In this document: in pieces, positions 1 to 9,596 of the stretch | Layout: every line of letters begins with the position of its first letter | How positions within the stretch are numbered: the first letter of the stretch is position 1 | NCBI RefSeq assembly: GCF_965196625.1 | Contig: NZ_OZ239769.1 | Span: forward strand, 900,001 to 932,000 | From: Candidatus Saccharimonadota bacterium | Lineage (GTDB): Bacteria > Bacteroidota > Bacteroidia > Cytophagales > Amoebophilaceae | Length of the DNA: 32,000 nt | Reading direction: 5' to 3' | Made by a program: the position numbers and the translations under genes | The notes under the pieces: generated by a model | The model's input: only the letters and a program-made list of their open reading frames with translations | Database searches by the model: none | What the model was told of the DNA's origin: nothing

Positions 1-142
1 TACTATTTAGCTGATTGTCATTTACTTTATTACTATCTTCCGTAGTCGATGAAGATGAAGAGCTAGAATTATTTCCTGGGCACCCCGCTAATAACAAACA
101 AGTAAATGGCAAAAGAGGCAAGCTTATTTTCTTATACAACAT
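1..142 (-). CDS. Putative lipoprotein, N-terminal part only (gene runs off the left window edge)
   Basis: Minus-strand ATG at 140-142. My translation is MLYKKISLPLLPFTCLLLAGCPGNNSSSSSSSTTEDSNKVNDNQLN. It shows a hydrophobic signal, a lipobox LLAG/C and a Ser/Thr-rich linker. Absent from the ORF track because the window truncates it. Confidence 0.4.
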   Translation of the reverse strand, partial: MLYKKISLPLLPFTCLLLAGCPGNNSSSSSSSTTEDSNKVNDNQLNS

Positions 143-319
143 GGCAAAAAATGAGTTAAATGATTAGTACTATAAGTAAGTTAATTTTTGCATAAAAATT
201 AAGGCTACCTAAGACTTACAATAGCGATATTACAAAACCATTTTAATAATTACAAGTAAAAAAACAGATTTTTAATAAAAAAACACCTTTATAAGATCAC
301 TACATGGATGGTGACGCTA

Positions 320-3300
320 CTACCCAGGCATCCAGAATAAAATAATTGCTTCTTGCATCCAAGGTAGTTTAATACTGGTCATAGACCAGGGGGGAAGTAA
401 ATTTTCTTGATCTTGTTCCTGGTGCATAAGGGTTAAATGCCAAAATGTGCTTTCAGTAGGATAATCAGGGTTGTGTCTAGTTAAAATACCTAGCCTGTTT
501 AAAAAGTAACTTTTTAATATATGCTCGGTGGTAGCATCTTGATATAAAGGGGTTTCTTTAAGCTTGGTTAGACTTTTCCAACGTTTGATTACTTTTTCAA
601 TGAGTACCTGGCTATGGCATGCAATCTCTTCCATGGCACCATCAGCTATTGATGTGCTGGTTGCTGTTTTTACTATAGGCTCTTTTTGTCTCTGTTGTGC
701 TGACGCCTCTGTAGCTACTTCGGTTGCTTCTTGCGCATCTACATCGTAGCCTTGGTTGATAGGTCTATAGGGTAGCAGTACTGCATCATAGGATAATCCA
801 CAAAGCAGCTTGGGAAGGGTAAGCTGCCATTCTGGACTTTTTAGCTTGCCAGTAATTAAGTATTGTAAAAGATAGACTGCATTGTGGGCTGCTTGTTCAG
901 AGAAAAATTGGTTGCCCATCATCAGATTATGCATTTTAAAAAAATCATAAAAGAATGGCCATAAAAAAACCAATCCAGTATTTTTGGTATATACACGCAC
1001 TTCTTTTTCTGCTGTATTAGCTTTTGGAGGTGGTGCTTGTTGCTTGGTTTCGGTTGCCTTTTCTAGTGGATGGTTTGCTAAAGTGAATGGGGCAATAGTA
1101 GGCTGATGCATTAACTTGAGAAGTGGCTTGAGCAAAGTGACGAGCTTATTTTCTGCTTCGTTAGCGGGAGCAGTAGCTACCTTTGAGGCAATGATTTTGC
1201 AAATAGCTTCTTTCTCATAACAAGTGGTCAGTAAGGTGTTCTGTACAAACTCAGTTTCTTTAAATTCTTTTTTTGTAATCAAATAAGATATGGTAGCAAT
1301 GTATAGTTCTTTTTTCCATATGGATGGAGTACTGGTTGCCTCTTGCAATGGATTGGTTAATAGATCGAGGTAATGGATTACAAACTGGGACTTGTTTTTT
1401 GCCAAAAAGGCTATAAGCTTTGTAACAACTTCTTGGCTAAAGTAGTGTACCATGCGTCTGGCTACTAATGGATGATTATCCTGCTCTTCTAAAAACTTTG
1501 ATAAGGCAGATGGTCGGTCGGCTATACACTGAACCAATTGGTTGCCTAATATAGGCATTTCTACGTGGTACTGTTGGTCAAAAAGAGATAGGTTGCCATT
1601 GAACAATAGATACAACTTGGTTAAAATAGGTGTTTTGTAGCCCCGTTGTATAGCTTGTTGTTGGACCGTTTTCCGGTATTTGTCTTGTAGTGTATGCAAT
1701 GAAGCGGTTAGCGCTTCTGGTATCCCGGTGGTAGCTAGGAGTTGAAAAGTAGCGAGTAATGTAGTGGGTGTGATTTCTAAAAGGTTGCTCCATTCGGCAG
1801 TGATTTTTGCGAGCCAATCCTCTTTAGAAATAGGTGCTTGAGGTAGTGTTTTGAATACGCCCTCCCAAAATAAATTTTTAGCACCATGTTGCCCCTCCAG
1901 TGCTCCTTGTGTGGCACACCACAATTGATGGCTCCCTTCTATAAAGCTTGTTAATGCTTTGCCCACATCACTATGCCTTTGCACCAGTAGCATAAGCTGT
2001 GTGTGGGTAAAATTTGCAATAAGCCGTTGACGTACATGTGTTTTATCTTGTGCTAAAGAAAAAGTAGGAAGATGCGCCATAACATCATTTAATAAGGCTG
2101 TGCCATCTGGATAATTCCCCAACTTACCGGTATGTAAAAAGAGGTGCCATCTTTGTGCAACTCGGTCTTTTTTGCTTTGTAGGGTATCGGTAATTTGCTT
2201 ATAAAGCGCCATGCTAATGGTTTGTTGTAATGGCTGGGCAATAGTCGGCAAATGTGCGCGAACCAATTGGTCCATCACGGGCTGAGATAGATCCTCATCC
2301 TGCCGAACCATATGCTTAATAGCTGGGAGTAACCTACTATAGTAAAGTGGCCAAAGGGATTGGTTGAGTGGCAATGTTTCATGTGTAGATAGAAAAACAA
2401 GATCAACTTCATCTATTTTACTTAAATTCAGTGGCGCTAAACTTTCCTTGAGCAAAGAAAAGGCCTCCCCTAGTTGGCAATCGTCTGCCTGATGGGCGCC
2501 ATCTATTAACTGATCACATAAAATAGTTGGAGGGCATAAAGTTTGTGCACTAAGGTGCAGCAATATGCGTGCTATATATTTTTTTTCAGTAGCAGGCGGG
2601 CTATGCATAATGGCTGCCGTAATAAAAATTTCTTTGATGAAACGGATGTTGGTTTGCTGTTGGCTGTTCTGGACTACTTTTGATTGCATAATGACCCTTT
2701 CTAACCGATCTAATAGCGCATGGGGAAAGGGAATAAAGGCTTGAAATAGTTTGGATAAGGTTACCTCTGTGGCATGCTGCATTAATTTTTTTAAGATAGC
2801 TGCTTCTTGGCATAAAGGGGCTAATTGATTCCATATTTCGTTGGGTGTTGCGTGCGCCAAACGTTTGGCTATTATATAGGCTGGCACCAACTGGTCTCTT
2901 GGTAATTCATTATAAAGGAGAAAATCGACTACATCAGATAATGGGTTTTCTGCAACTTTATCTACTGAAATAGGATCTCGATCTGAGTCAGTTGTGTAAT
3001 GCTTGGTTGGGCATGTGTCAAGTGGTGCCCTCTCTGAGTAGCTTTCTGTTAGATCTAGATGCTTGATCTGTGCAGCCAACTTATTATATAATACATGAGC
3101 AGCATAGGGTGTATAGACTGAAAATGGCATCTTTTTTACAAGGCTGCTTGGCACCTTAGGCTGAACCAATCGATCGTTTTTACTAACAGTCGCTTGCTGC
3201 TGATGGATTATACCATTTTCGTAGAGGGTATTTTGGAGTTTACCTGATAAAGGGGGTGTGCTGGAAAGCAATGGGGCCATGATCGATTGTATGGCTGGGT

Positions 3301-4654
3301 GATAGGCTTGTGTGTCAAGTAATGCTATACACCGTTGCTGGCTGATGGTACGATTGGCCATATATTTTTTGAACAAAGCCTGAACCTCTTGAAGATAAAA
3401 GGTTTTAGAATGTTCAAAGGCACAATAGGCTAGCGTAATGGCTTTAATCGCAGAAGCTGGTGCGATGGTAGCAGTAGTAGCGGTTGCGATCTGCGTGAAA
3501 TCAGAAAATAGAGCTACAATAGAAGGATCTATAGATGCTAAAAATTCAATAAAAAGCGCATCAGGTAGGTTTTTAACCAGTTTCGCTCTATTGCGTTCTT
3601 CTTGCAGCCAACTTTTTACTAGAGCAGGTACATTCGGTTGGTCCATGGCTAGCTTAATGCTATGCATAGCTGCTGATAGCTGATAACATGCCATGTTCTG
3701 ATTGCCTACTTTATCCAATTCTTTTAATACCGTTTCTTGCTTTTTAATACCCTGATGCCAGAATTTTGGTGGCGTTACCACTAGGTCACGCAACTGCAAG
3801 ACCAATGGTTTAATGGTTTGGGAAGATTTTACCTCATTTTGCGTATAGTACGTATGTAATTTTTCTAAAATTGCTTCATAGCTAGTGGAAGTTTGTAAGG
3901 CCACTTGTTTGAGGAGCATATTCAAAAAACCCATGCGGTCTACTTTGGATCTTTGTTGGTTGATCGTGCCCAATAAGCTCATGGCAAGCAATTGCTGCTC
4001 CAGGGGATACAATAGGCTGGTTAAGATCTTTGTTTGATGCAACGATAAAGCTGTTTCCGCTAAGATAAGCTTAAAAGATTCTATAGGTTGCTTCAATAGG
4101 CATGCAAGCGTATGCTCTACAGTAGGCCGGGCAAAAAGTGCCATACAGCGCTGCACCGCTTTTTCTTTTTTATACAAATCACCCCAAAACTGTTGTATCA
4201 GCAGAGGCGTATGGTGGAGCAATTCTAGATATATTTGTTCAATCTGTCTTTCAGAACGCTCTATCATCCACCAAGCAAAATTACCTTCTGATAGATAATG
4301 GGCTATAGCTTGCCGTTTTGCATCTGGAAGTGGTATAACTTGGTGAGCGGTGGGGTTAGCTATTGCCTTTTCAATCTGTTTTTTTAACTCAATCCTTAAT
4401 ACCTTTTCTACCTGGATGGGTAGTGCTTTGCGCAGGGTAGCTAGATTGAAGCGCCCGCCATCTACCACAAGCTTATCTAAATGGATGACTACATCATCAG
4501 GAACATATTCAGCAAAAACCTTTGATAAAATAGGCATAATCCGTTGCTGGATGATTTTATGAATGGTATGTTGGAGGATGCTATTTTGACTGTGCTGGTC
4601 CACAGTAACTTCAATCCGACTACGTAGAATAACATGATGGTTTTTTATAGGCAT
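320..4654 (-). CDS. Very large (~1444 aa) protein; best guess contractile-injection-system (Afp14/eCIS-type) tape measure protein
   Basis: Uninterrupted 4.3-kb ORF. I prefer the ATG at 4654 (MPIKNHH...) over the TTG at 4678 used by the track. The N-terminus (HHVILRSRIEVTV...VIHLDKLVVDGGRF) and C-terminus (GLVFLWPFFYDFF...AVYLLQYLITGK...LPKLLCGL...SIKLPWMQEAIILFW) match, from memory, the conserved end modules of the family that RefSeq labels contractile injection system tape measure protein. The long middle looks helical. The CDS is near certain; the product call is tentative. Confidence 0.5.
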   Translation of the reverse strand: MPIKNHHVILRSRIEVTVDQHSQNSILQHTIHKIIQQRIMPILSKVFAEYVPDDVVIHLDKLVVDGGRFNLATLRKALPIQVEKVLRIELKKQIEKAIANPTAHQVIPLPDAKRQAIAHYLSEGNFAWWMIERSERQIEQIYLELLHHTPLLIQQFWGDLYKKEKAVQRCMALFARPTVEHTLACLLKQPIESFKLILAETALSLHQTKILTSLLYPLEQQLLAMSLLGTINQQRSKVDRMGFLNMLLKQVALQTSTSYEAILEKLHTYYTQNEVKSSQTIKPLVLQLRDLVVTPPKFWHQGIKKQETVLKELDKVGNQNMACYQLSAAMHSIKLAMDQPNVPALVKSWLQEERNRAKLVKNLPDALFIEFLASIDPSIVALFSDFTQIATATTATIAPASAIKAITLAYCAFEHSKTFYLQEVQALFKKYMANRTISQQRCIALLDTQAYHPAIQSIMAPLLSSTPPLSGKLQNTLYENGIIHQQQATVSKNDRLVQPKVPSSLVKKMPFSVYTPYAAHVLYNKLAAQIKHLDLTESYSERAPLDTCPTKHYTTDSDRDPISVDKVAENPLSDVVDFLLYNELPRDQLVPAYIIAKRLAHATPNEIWNQLAPLCQEAAILKKLMQHATEVTLSKLFQAFIPFPHALLDRLERVIMQSKVVQNSQQQTNIRFIKEIFITAAIMHSPPATEKKYIARILLHLSAQTLCPPTILCDQLIDGAHQADDCQLGEAFSLLKESLAPLNLSKIDEVDLVFLSTHETLPLNQSLWPLYYSRLLPAIKHMVRQDEDLSQPVMDQLVRAHLPTIAQPLQQTISMALYKQITDTLQSKKDRVAQRWHLFLHTGKLGNYPDGTALLNDVMAHLPTFSLAQDKTHVRQRLIANFTHTQLMLLVQRHSDVGKALTSFIEGSHQLWCATQGALEGQHGAKNLFWEGVFKTLPQAPISKEDWLAKITAEWSNLLEITPTTLLATFQLLATTGIPEALTASLHTLQDKYRKTVQQQAIQRGYKTPILTKLYLLFNGNLSLFDQQYHVEMPILGNQLVQCIADRPSALSKFLEEQDNHPLVARRMVHYFSQEVVTKLIAFLAKNKSQFVIHYLDLLTNPLQEATSTPSIWKKELYIATISYLITKKEFKETEFVQNTLLTTCYEKEAICKIIASKVATAPANEAENKLVTLLKPLLKLMHQPTIAPFTLANHPLEKATETKQQAPPPKANTAEKEVRVYTKNTGLVFLWPFFYDFFKMHNLMMGNQFFSEQAAHNAVYLLQYLITGKLKSPEWQLTLPKLLCGLSYDAVLLPYRPINQGYDVDAQEATEVATEASAQQRQKEPIVKTATSTSIADGAMEEIACHSQVLIEKVIKRWKSLTKLKETPLYQDATTEHILKSYFLNRLGILTRHNPDYPTESTFWHLTLMHQEQDQENLLPPWSMTSIKLPWMQEAIILFWMPG

Positions 4655-4703
4655 AATCGATTCAGTTGTAGAAGACAAGCATACCAGTACTTTATAGAGG
4701 CTA

Positions 4704-5258
4704 TTACAGGCCAGCCATATCAGTTACTTTAGGCAATATACGTTTTATACAATCTTTATCTTTAATAACATAACGCCACATTTTATCTAAACCTTTTGAA
4801 ATCCCTATTCTAGGTGTTGATGTATAGGCTAACTGACAACCTATATCTTTAATATGCAATGTTTTTGATAGCGTTATATCGATTGCATTGTGGCTTAAAT
4901 CAATACCTAAAAGTTGGCAAAGTTTGCCTGGACCATTCACATAAGTATAGGGCGGATGGATCAGTTGTATGCCTCTAATAAGTGTGGCTGCTGGAAAATT
5001 TAAAGTTTCCGTAACAATATTGAGGCAATAGTATTTTCCATATATAAAATAGACGTAACTAAACCCAGCTGGCCCAAACATGATTTTAGTTCTTTGGGTC
5101 ATACCCCTAGCTGCATGGCAAGCGGGATCCTTGGTGCCAATATAACTCTCTGTTTCAGTAATGATTCCTTGGAAGTTATGAAAACATAGAAGTTTACCAA
5201 TTAAATGGATGCTTACCGTGTTGGTATCTTGTGCAAAAAAAGCTCTATTTAAGATCAT
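4704..5258 (-). CDS. mpg: DNA-3-methyladenine glycosylase (Mpg/AAG family)
   Basis: 184 aa with family-typical blocks: FFAQDT..V...[48 protein letters not shown] and ATLIRG. It lies 49 nt upstream of, and co-directional with, the giant ORF. Confidence 0.85.
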   Translation of the reverse strand: MILNRAFFAQDTNTVSIHLIGKLLCFHNFQGIITETESYIGTKDPACHAARGMTQRTKIMFGPAGFSYVYFIYGKYYCLNIVTETLNFPAATLIRGIQLIHPPYTYVNGPGKLCQLLGIDLSHNAIDITLSKTLHIKDIGCQLAYTSTPRIGISKGLDKMWRYVIKDKDCIKRILPKVTDMAGL

Positions 5259-5315
5259 TTTAGGCCAGTGGAGTGGTGTACCATAGCATCGGTCCCTTAC
5301 ACAAAGGGGGTAGAT

Positions 5316-5900
5316 TTAACCAGCCGGATAGCGACCAATAGCTGTAAGTATTTTTTTGATTAGCCTCATCAAGGCTGGTTTCGCATACGAAACTGCAACT
5401 GAACATAGATATATGATCGATGTAAAGAGGTAGGTGTAGGCGGTTTCTTTAAATAGAATCAACAAAATCCTATGCATAGGAAAGCTATTGGTAAAAAATA
5501 TGCCCATGATAAGATGGTCCACCAGCGAAGCGATCAATAAACTGATGCAATTGCTGACGACAAAACCATACCTAGTCTCTAGCTTTAAAAAAAGCTTAAA
5601 ACCAATATAAGAAGCCATCAATACCGCACATAAAGATGCTAAAATCAGTCCACTAATAGGCTTGCCAGGGATAATGCAATAGGGCTTATTGTATAATAAG
5701 CCAAACGTTAGCGTTGTGCAGCATACTATGCTTATAGTCGCCTTTTTGCTACCATGGTGTTTGGCTATCGCATTTAAAGTACACATTAAAACAGTAAACG
5801 ATAGCACACAATAGACTATTTTATTGGTAAAATTAATGGACAATGTAGCTGCAAACAATAGAACAACTTTATATATATAATTGTTTAAATGCTTATTCAT
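5316..5900 (-). CDS. Polytopic inner-membrane protein, possibly a VUT/YhhQ-type queuosine-precursor transporter
   Basis: 194 aa with about 6 hydrophobic helices. The segment SLLIASLVDHLIMGIFFTNSF resembles the YhhQ/DUF165 block (..vsDtlaFFfIAF..). The similarity was judged by eye only. Confidence 0.4.
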   Translation of the reverse strand: MNKHLNNYIYKVVLLFAATLSINFTNKIVYCVLSFTVLMCTLNAIAKHHGSKKATISIVCCTTLTFGLLYNKPYCIIPGKPISGLILASLCAVLMASYIGFKLFLKLETRYGFVVSNCISLLIASLVDHLIMGIFFTNSFPMHRILLILFKETAYTYLFTSIIYLCSVAVSYAKPALMRLIKKILTAIGRYPAG

Positions 5901-6337
5901 ATTACTTGTTAATTTTAATTAGGATTAGTACGTAAAATCTGATTACATATATTTTCCATTTCTGATAACCAAGTTAAAATATTATTTTTTTTGGACCTAG
6001 GTTTAAAAAATTTATAGTTAATAATCTTTCAAAAGTAGTAGGGTCGGTTAATAAATATTTTTCTTTTGTTTTTTCGTTAAAGGATTATCTAAATATATAA
6101 CTTTTTCTGGTGTTTTTGGATAGGTAGGCTTTCTGTATAAGTGCCCAGTTCATCAGCTATATCTTGCAGCTTATTGTTTCTGTGGTTATCCATATAATGA
6201 AGGTGATATGATTTTGCAAATTGGATAAAGGGGTAGTAAGCTTTTTACTAATAATTTTGTACGGAGCGTCGAATAAATGTAAATTTACCATTATTTTATT
6301 TTTTATCATCGCAACACCTAGCCATACCAAATGGAAT

Positions 6338-8170
6338 ATGGATTTATATAAAAAAAAAGCAAGCACAGCTATTCATGTTTATCTATGGTTACTTTTATTA
6401 TTGTTGATTCGACCTTTAGAGGCTACTGCTGGGGCAAGACCTAAAATAAGATTAGGTATGTCAGATCGGGATGCACAATCTCTATTGGTGCAATATGAAG
6501 CAGCTAAAAAAGTTTACGAAGCAAAAGATTATGCTTCGGCAAAGTCATTGTTTGATGAACTGAGCACCATGCAGCACCCTCCCTCCCTTTCGCCCTATAT
6601 CCATTTTTACCATGCGTTAGCCGCCTACCACAATGGGGAAAAAGCAACCGCCCAAAAGGCTTTTTTGGCGATACAGCGTCAATTTCCAACTTGGAACAAA
6701 CGAGATGAAGTCCATTACTGGTGTGCGCAGTGTGCATTTGAAGGAGGAGATCCTACAGAAGCCTTGGCAGCGCTGGCTTTGATTCAAGATAAGCATATGC
6801 GTCAATCGGTGCTGCAAATGAAAAAATATTTCCTTAAGAAGATAGAAAACCATGCATCTTTAGAAGCACTCATCAAAAAATTTCCAGATGATGCGCTCAT
6901 CAAAACTATTTTACATAAAAAAGCCGCCCGAGCAGCTTACCTTACACAAGATTTTACCTTATTAAATACCTTAAAGCAGCAATATAACTTTTCAGATTAT
7001 AGATACGATCCTTTAAAAGGCCTGGTCTCTAAGCGTAAAGCTGCTTATAATATAGCACTTTTCCTCCCCTTTTTTGTAGAAGAATTGGATTATGAAGCAT
7101 GTACAGATCAGTTTGTTATTGAGCTATACCAGGGTATACAGCTGGCCATAGAACAGCTTGCTCAAGAGGGTATGGTTATAAATCTTTTTGTATTTGATAC
7201 CAAAAAGAATGCAAAAACCACACAAGCCTTACTGGAACAAGAGGGCATGCCCTATATGGATCTCATCATAGGCCCACTCTATCCTAATACAATTCCATTG
7301 GTTGCTGCATTTGCTAAAAAACACAAGATTAATCTTGTAAATCCTATTTCAGATAATGCTGCCGTAACCCATGGAAATCCATTTGCCTTTCTTTTTCAGC
7401 CTGACCTAGCAACCTATGGACAAAGCGCAGCAACACTTACACTAAGTGATATAGATCGTACCGCAACAGAAGCACCTTGTGTAGGCGTCTTTTACGGTAT
7501 GGAAGAGAAAGAGGTCTTACAAGCAACCCTATACAAAGATAGGGTTGAACAAGAACTAGGTAGGCCAATAGATCTGTTTGTACAACTGTCTAATGAAACG
7601 ATTAAAAGCTTTTTCGAGCAAGCTACGCACCAAGAAGCATCAGAACTTGAAGCTATTGAACAAAATAGATTTGATTACACAAAGCTAACCCATATCTATC
7701 TCCCCTCTCAAAATGAGTGGCTTATCTCTAATGTAATAAGCCTCTGCTTAAAACTGGGCATTAAGCCACAAATCGTTATAGGTCATGAACAATGGATCAA
7801 AAAAGAAATATTATCTATTCATCAACTCAAACAGTTACCTATTGTATGTTTAGCGCCCAATTATATCGACTATAGTAGGCCTGCGTTGCGTGCCTTTCGG
7901 GAAAAGTTTTTTGCAAAAAATGCTATATACCCGAGTGAAAAAAGCTATATTGGTTATGAAATGATGCTGTTTTTTGGTCAGATGCTGGGACGTTATGGCA
8001 CCTATTTTCAAAAAGAATGGGAAGATATGCACTACAATGGCCTCATTTTTCAGGGTATATCCTATGGCAAACACCATTCTAATCAATATATCCCAGTACT
8101 GCGCTTTGCTAAAGATAGATTTATAGTTGATTCCACTCTATTAAGTGGGAAAATAGCGCCAAGGTTTTAA
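6338..8170 (+). CDS. Secreted protein with an N-terminal TPR-like region and a type-1 periplasmic-binding-fold (LivK/Peripla_BP_6-like) domain
   Basis: ATG at 6338 gives MDLYKKKASTAIHVYLWLLLLLLIRPLEATAG, a clear signal peptide. The track start at 6221 is a TTG with an implausible extension. Helical repeat region (YEAKDYASAKSLFDEL..., YHALAAYHNGEKATAQKAF...) is followed by YNIALFLPFF...LIIGPLYPNT...NLVNPIS, which is typical of PBP type 1. Confidence 0.55.
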   Translation: MDLYKKKASTAIHVYLWLLLLLLIRPLEATAGARPKIRLGMSDRDAQSLLVQYEAAKKVYEAKDYASAKSLFDELSTMQHPPSLSPYIHFYHALAAYHNGEKATAQKAFLAIQRQFPTWNKRDEVHYWCAQCAFEGGDPTEALAALALIQDKHMRQSVLQMKKYFLKKIENHASLEALIKKFPDDALIKTILHKKAARAAYLTQDFTLLNTLKQQYNFSDYRYDPLKGLVSKRKAAYNIALFLPFFVEELDYEACTDQFVIELYQGIQLAIEQLAQEGMVINLFVFDTKKNAKTTQALLEQEGMPYMDLIIGPLYPNTIPLVAAFAKKHKINLVNPISDNAAVTHGNPFAFLFQPDLATYGQSAATLTLSDIDRTATEAPCVGVFYGMEEKEVLQATLYKDRVEQELGRPIDLFVQLSNETIKSFFEQATHQEASELEAIEQNRFDYTKLTHIYLPSQNEWLISNVISLCLKLGIKPQIVIGHEQWIKKEILSIHQLKQLPIVCLAPNYIDYSRPALRAFREKFFAKNAIYPSEKSYIGYEMMLFFGQMLGRYGTYFQKEWEDMHYNGLIFQGISYGKHHSNQYIPVLRFAKDRFIVDSTLLSGKIAPRF

Positions 8171-8743
8171 CTGTTCTCCAGCTGCTGCCCTAATATACCA
8201 ATTATTTTTAAACTGTTTATTGACCTTTTTGCTGGTTATCACCAACAAATTTTCTGCATTTCTGGCTTGCGCCCCATGCGTCCAATTAAAAGAACCGGTA
8301 ATCACATATTCATCATCCATAATCATCACTTTATTATGTGCATACCCAACGGTTTTATCAATTATAATCGGAATACCATGTTGCAACAACCAACGCACTT
8401 GACTTCCCCTTGTAGTCTGCGCATTTTTATCTATTAATAACCGAACCTCTACCCTATTCTGATGCGCTTTTATCAGTGCATTTGCAATCCTGCTAGAGGT
8501 TATCACATACGCCTGCACAAGAATCAATGCCTTAGCAGATAGAATCTTGTGCACAATAAGGTCCATACAAGGGTCCTCTGGCGCAAACCACACTTGTATG
8601 GCTAAGTCAGCATCGGGTCGATTGGCAGTATTGCAAGAGGTGTAATGTACCAATAGGCTACTAAAGGCAATGGCAACCGTTCCTAAAAGCTTCACCCATG
8701 CATGGGTTATACGAGGCAACCTTCGAAAGGTAGATTTTTTCAT
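8141..8743 (-). CDS. Exported single-HKD phospholipase D superfamily protein (Nuc-like endonuclease / PLD)
   Basis: 200 aa. N-terminal basic plus hydrophobic segment (MKKSTFRRLPRITHAWVKLLGTVAIAFSSLLV). One HxK(x4)D motif with the downstream GSxN: YAHNKVMIMDDEYVITGSFNWT. The 3' end overlaps the convergent upstream gene by 30 nt. Confidence 0.8.
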   Translation of the reverse strand: MKKSTFRRLPRITHAWVKLLGTVAIAFSSLLVHYTSCNTANRPDADLAIQVWFAPEDPCMDLIVHKILSAKALILVQAYVITSSRIANALIKAHQNRVEVRLLIDKNAQTTRGSQVRWLLQHGIPIIIDKTVGYAHNKVMIMDDEYVITGSFNWTHGAQARNAENLLVITSKKVNKQFKNNWYIRAAAGEQLKPWRYFPT

Positions 8744-8784
8744 GAATATTTTTAAATATGTGGGTATAAATTTCAGATAAGTTC

Positions 8785-8815
8785 ATCTGATTTCAAAATC
8801 AGATCGGATGATCTG
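8785..8815. promoter_or_regulatory. Two overlapping short inverted repeats in a divergent intergenic region (possible operator)
   Basis: ATCTGAT-TTCAAA-ATCAGAT (8785..8804) overlaps CAGATC-GGAT-GATCTG (8800..8815). They sit between the divergently transcribed PLD gene and the ANK-RING gene. There is no functional evidence. Confidence 0.15.
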
Positions 8816-8886
8816 TATAAAAGATTTTGTATTGCATATAAAAATTAGTATCATTTTTTTTTGATAGGTTATGCAAAATTTAATTT

Positions 8887-9378
8887 ATGATGAAAAAGTA
8901 TTTAGTTGTTGCGCCGCTTATTGCGTCTTGTAGCTCCTTAGGGGATCAATCTGATATGTTTCGGGGTCAAGACCAAACTAACCAGTGGCAATACGTAGGA
9001 ATAGGAAATTTAATAAAAAATTTAAATCAAAAAAGACAAGATTCATATCCTTTACATGATGCAGCAGAAAAAGGTAATATAGAAAAGGTTAAAATATTAT
9101 TGAGCAGTGGATCAGATGTACATGGATTAGATAATCTCAGGAGATCTCCTTTGTCTTATGCAGTACACAATAGACATACAGATGTGTGTAAGCTTTTATG
9201 CGAATATAAAGCTAATGTAGATGAAGAAGATAATGTTGGAAGATCCCTTCTTCATTGGGCATCATATAAAGGTCACCTAGAAATAGTTGCACTTCTACTA
9301 GAACATGGAGCTAAGGTAGATCAAAAAGATCGTCTTGAAAAAACCCTCTTCATTGGGCAATGCCGGGTGGCCATATAG
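8887..9378 (+). pseudogene. Ankyrin-repeat lipoprotein, 5' fragment of a disrupted ANK-RING gene
   Basis: Leader MMKKYLVVAPLIAS/C (lipobox) followed by ankyrin repeats (PLHDAAEKGNIEKVKILLSSGSDV..., SPLSYAVHNRHTDVCKLLCEYKANV..., SLLHWASYKGHLEIVALLLEHGAKV). The frame is lost in the A6C3 tract at 9338..9346. Confidence 0.85.
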
Positions 9379-9596
9379 AAATCATTAAACTTCTACTAGA
9401 ACATAGAGCTAAAATAGATGAAACAGATGAATGTGGTTGCACCTCTCTTCATTATGTGTCAAGCATAGGTAATAAAAACATACCTGAACCATTTATTGCT
9501 AAAGATGTTAGCAAAACAGCTATAGCTGAACTGCTTATTGCTAAAGGTGCTAGCAAAACAGCTGAGAATAAAGAGCCTGTAAATTATTTTGTGTAA
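9360..9596 (+). pseudogene. Ankyrin-repeat fragment (frame-shifted continuation of 8887..9378)
   Basis: In this frame the sequence reads ..NPLHWAMPGGHIEIIKLLLEHRAKIDETDECGCTSLHYV.., which is ankyrin consensus. The last 8 codons and the stop (9573..9596) are supplied by the IS terminal repeat. Confidence 0.85.

Noticed and set aside
564-4562. Small ORFs inside or antisense to the giant gene (564..749, 1578..1817, 2601..2834, 3438..3683, 4350..4562)
   Set aside because: All are nested within one uninterrupted 4.3-kb ORF. They have no motifs and odd composition (Cys/Ser/Ala-rich shadows). They are typical frame artefacts of a long AT-rich gene.
5901-6060. preQ1 riboswitch upstream of the YhhQ-like transporter gene
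   Set aside because: I read the minus-strand leader. Only an ACCUAGGU palindrome followed by an A-run is present, which cannot form the preQ1-I stem-loop and pseudoknot. No consensus was recognised.
6157-8402. ORFs 6157..6366, 6504..6737, 6617..6853, 7850..8086 and 8220..8402, and the TTG-initiated N-terminal extension 6221..6337
   Set aside because: They overlap better-supported genes. The ATG at 6338 is followed immediately by a textbook signal peptide, so the extension is not needed.
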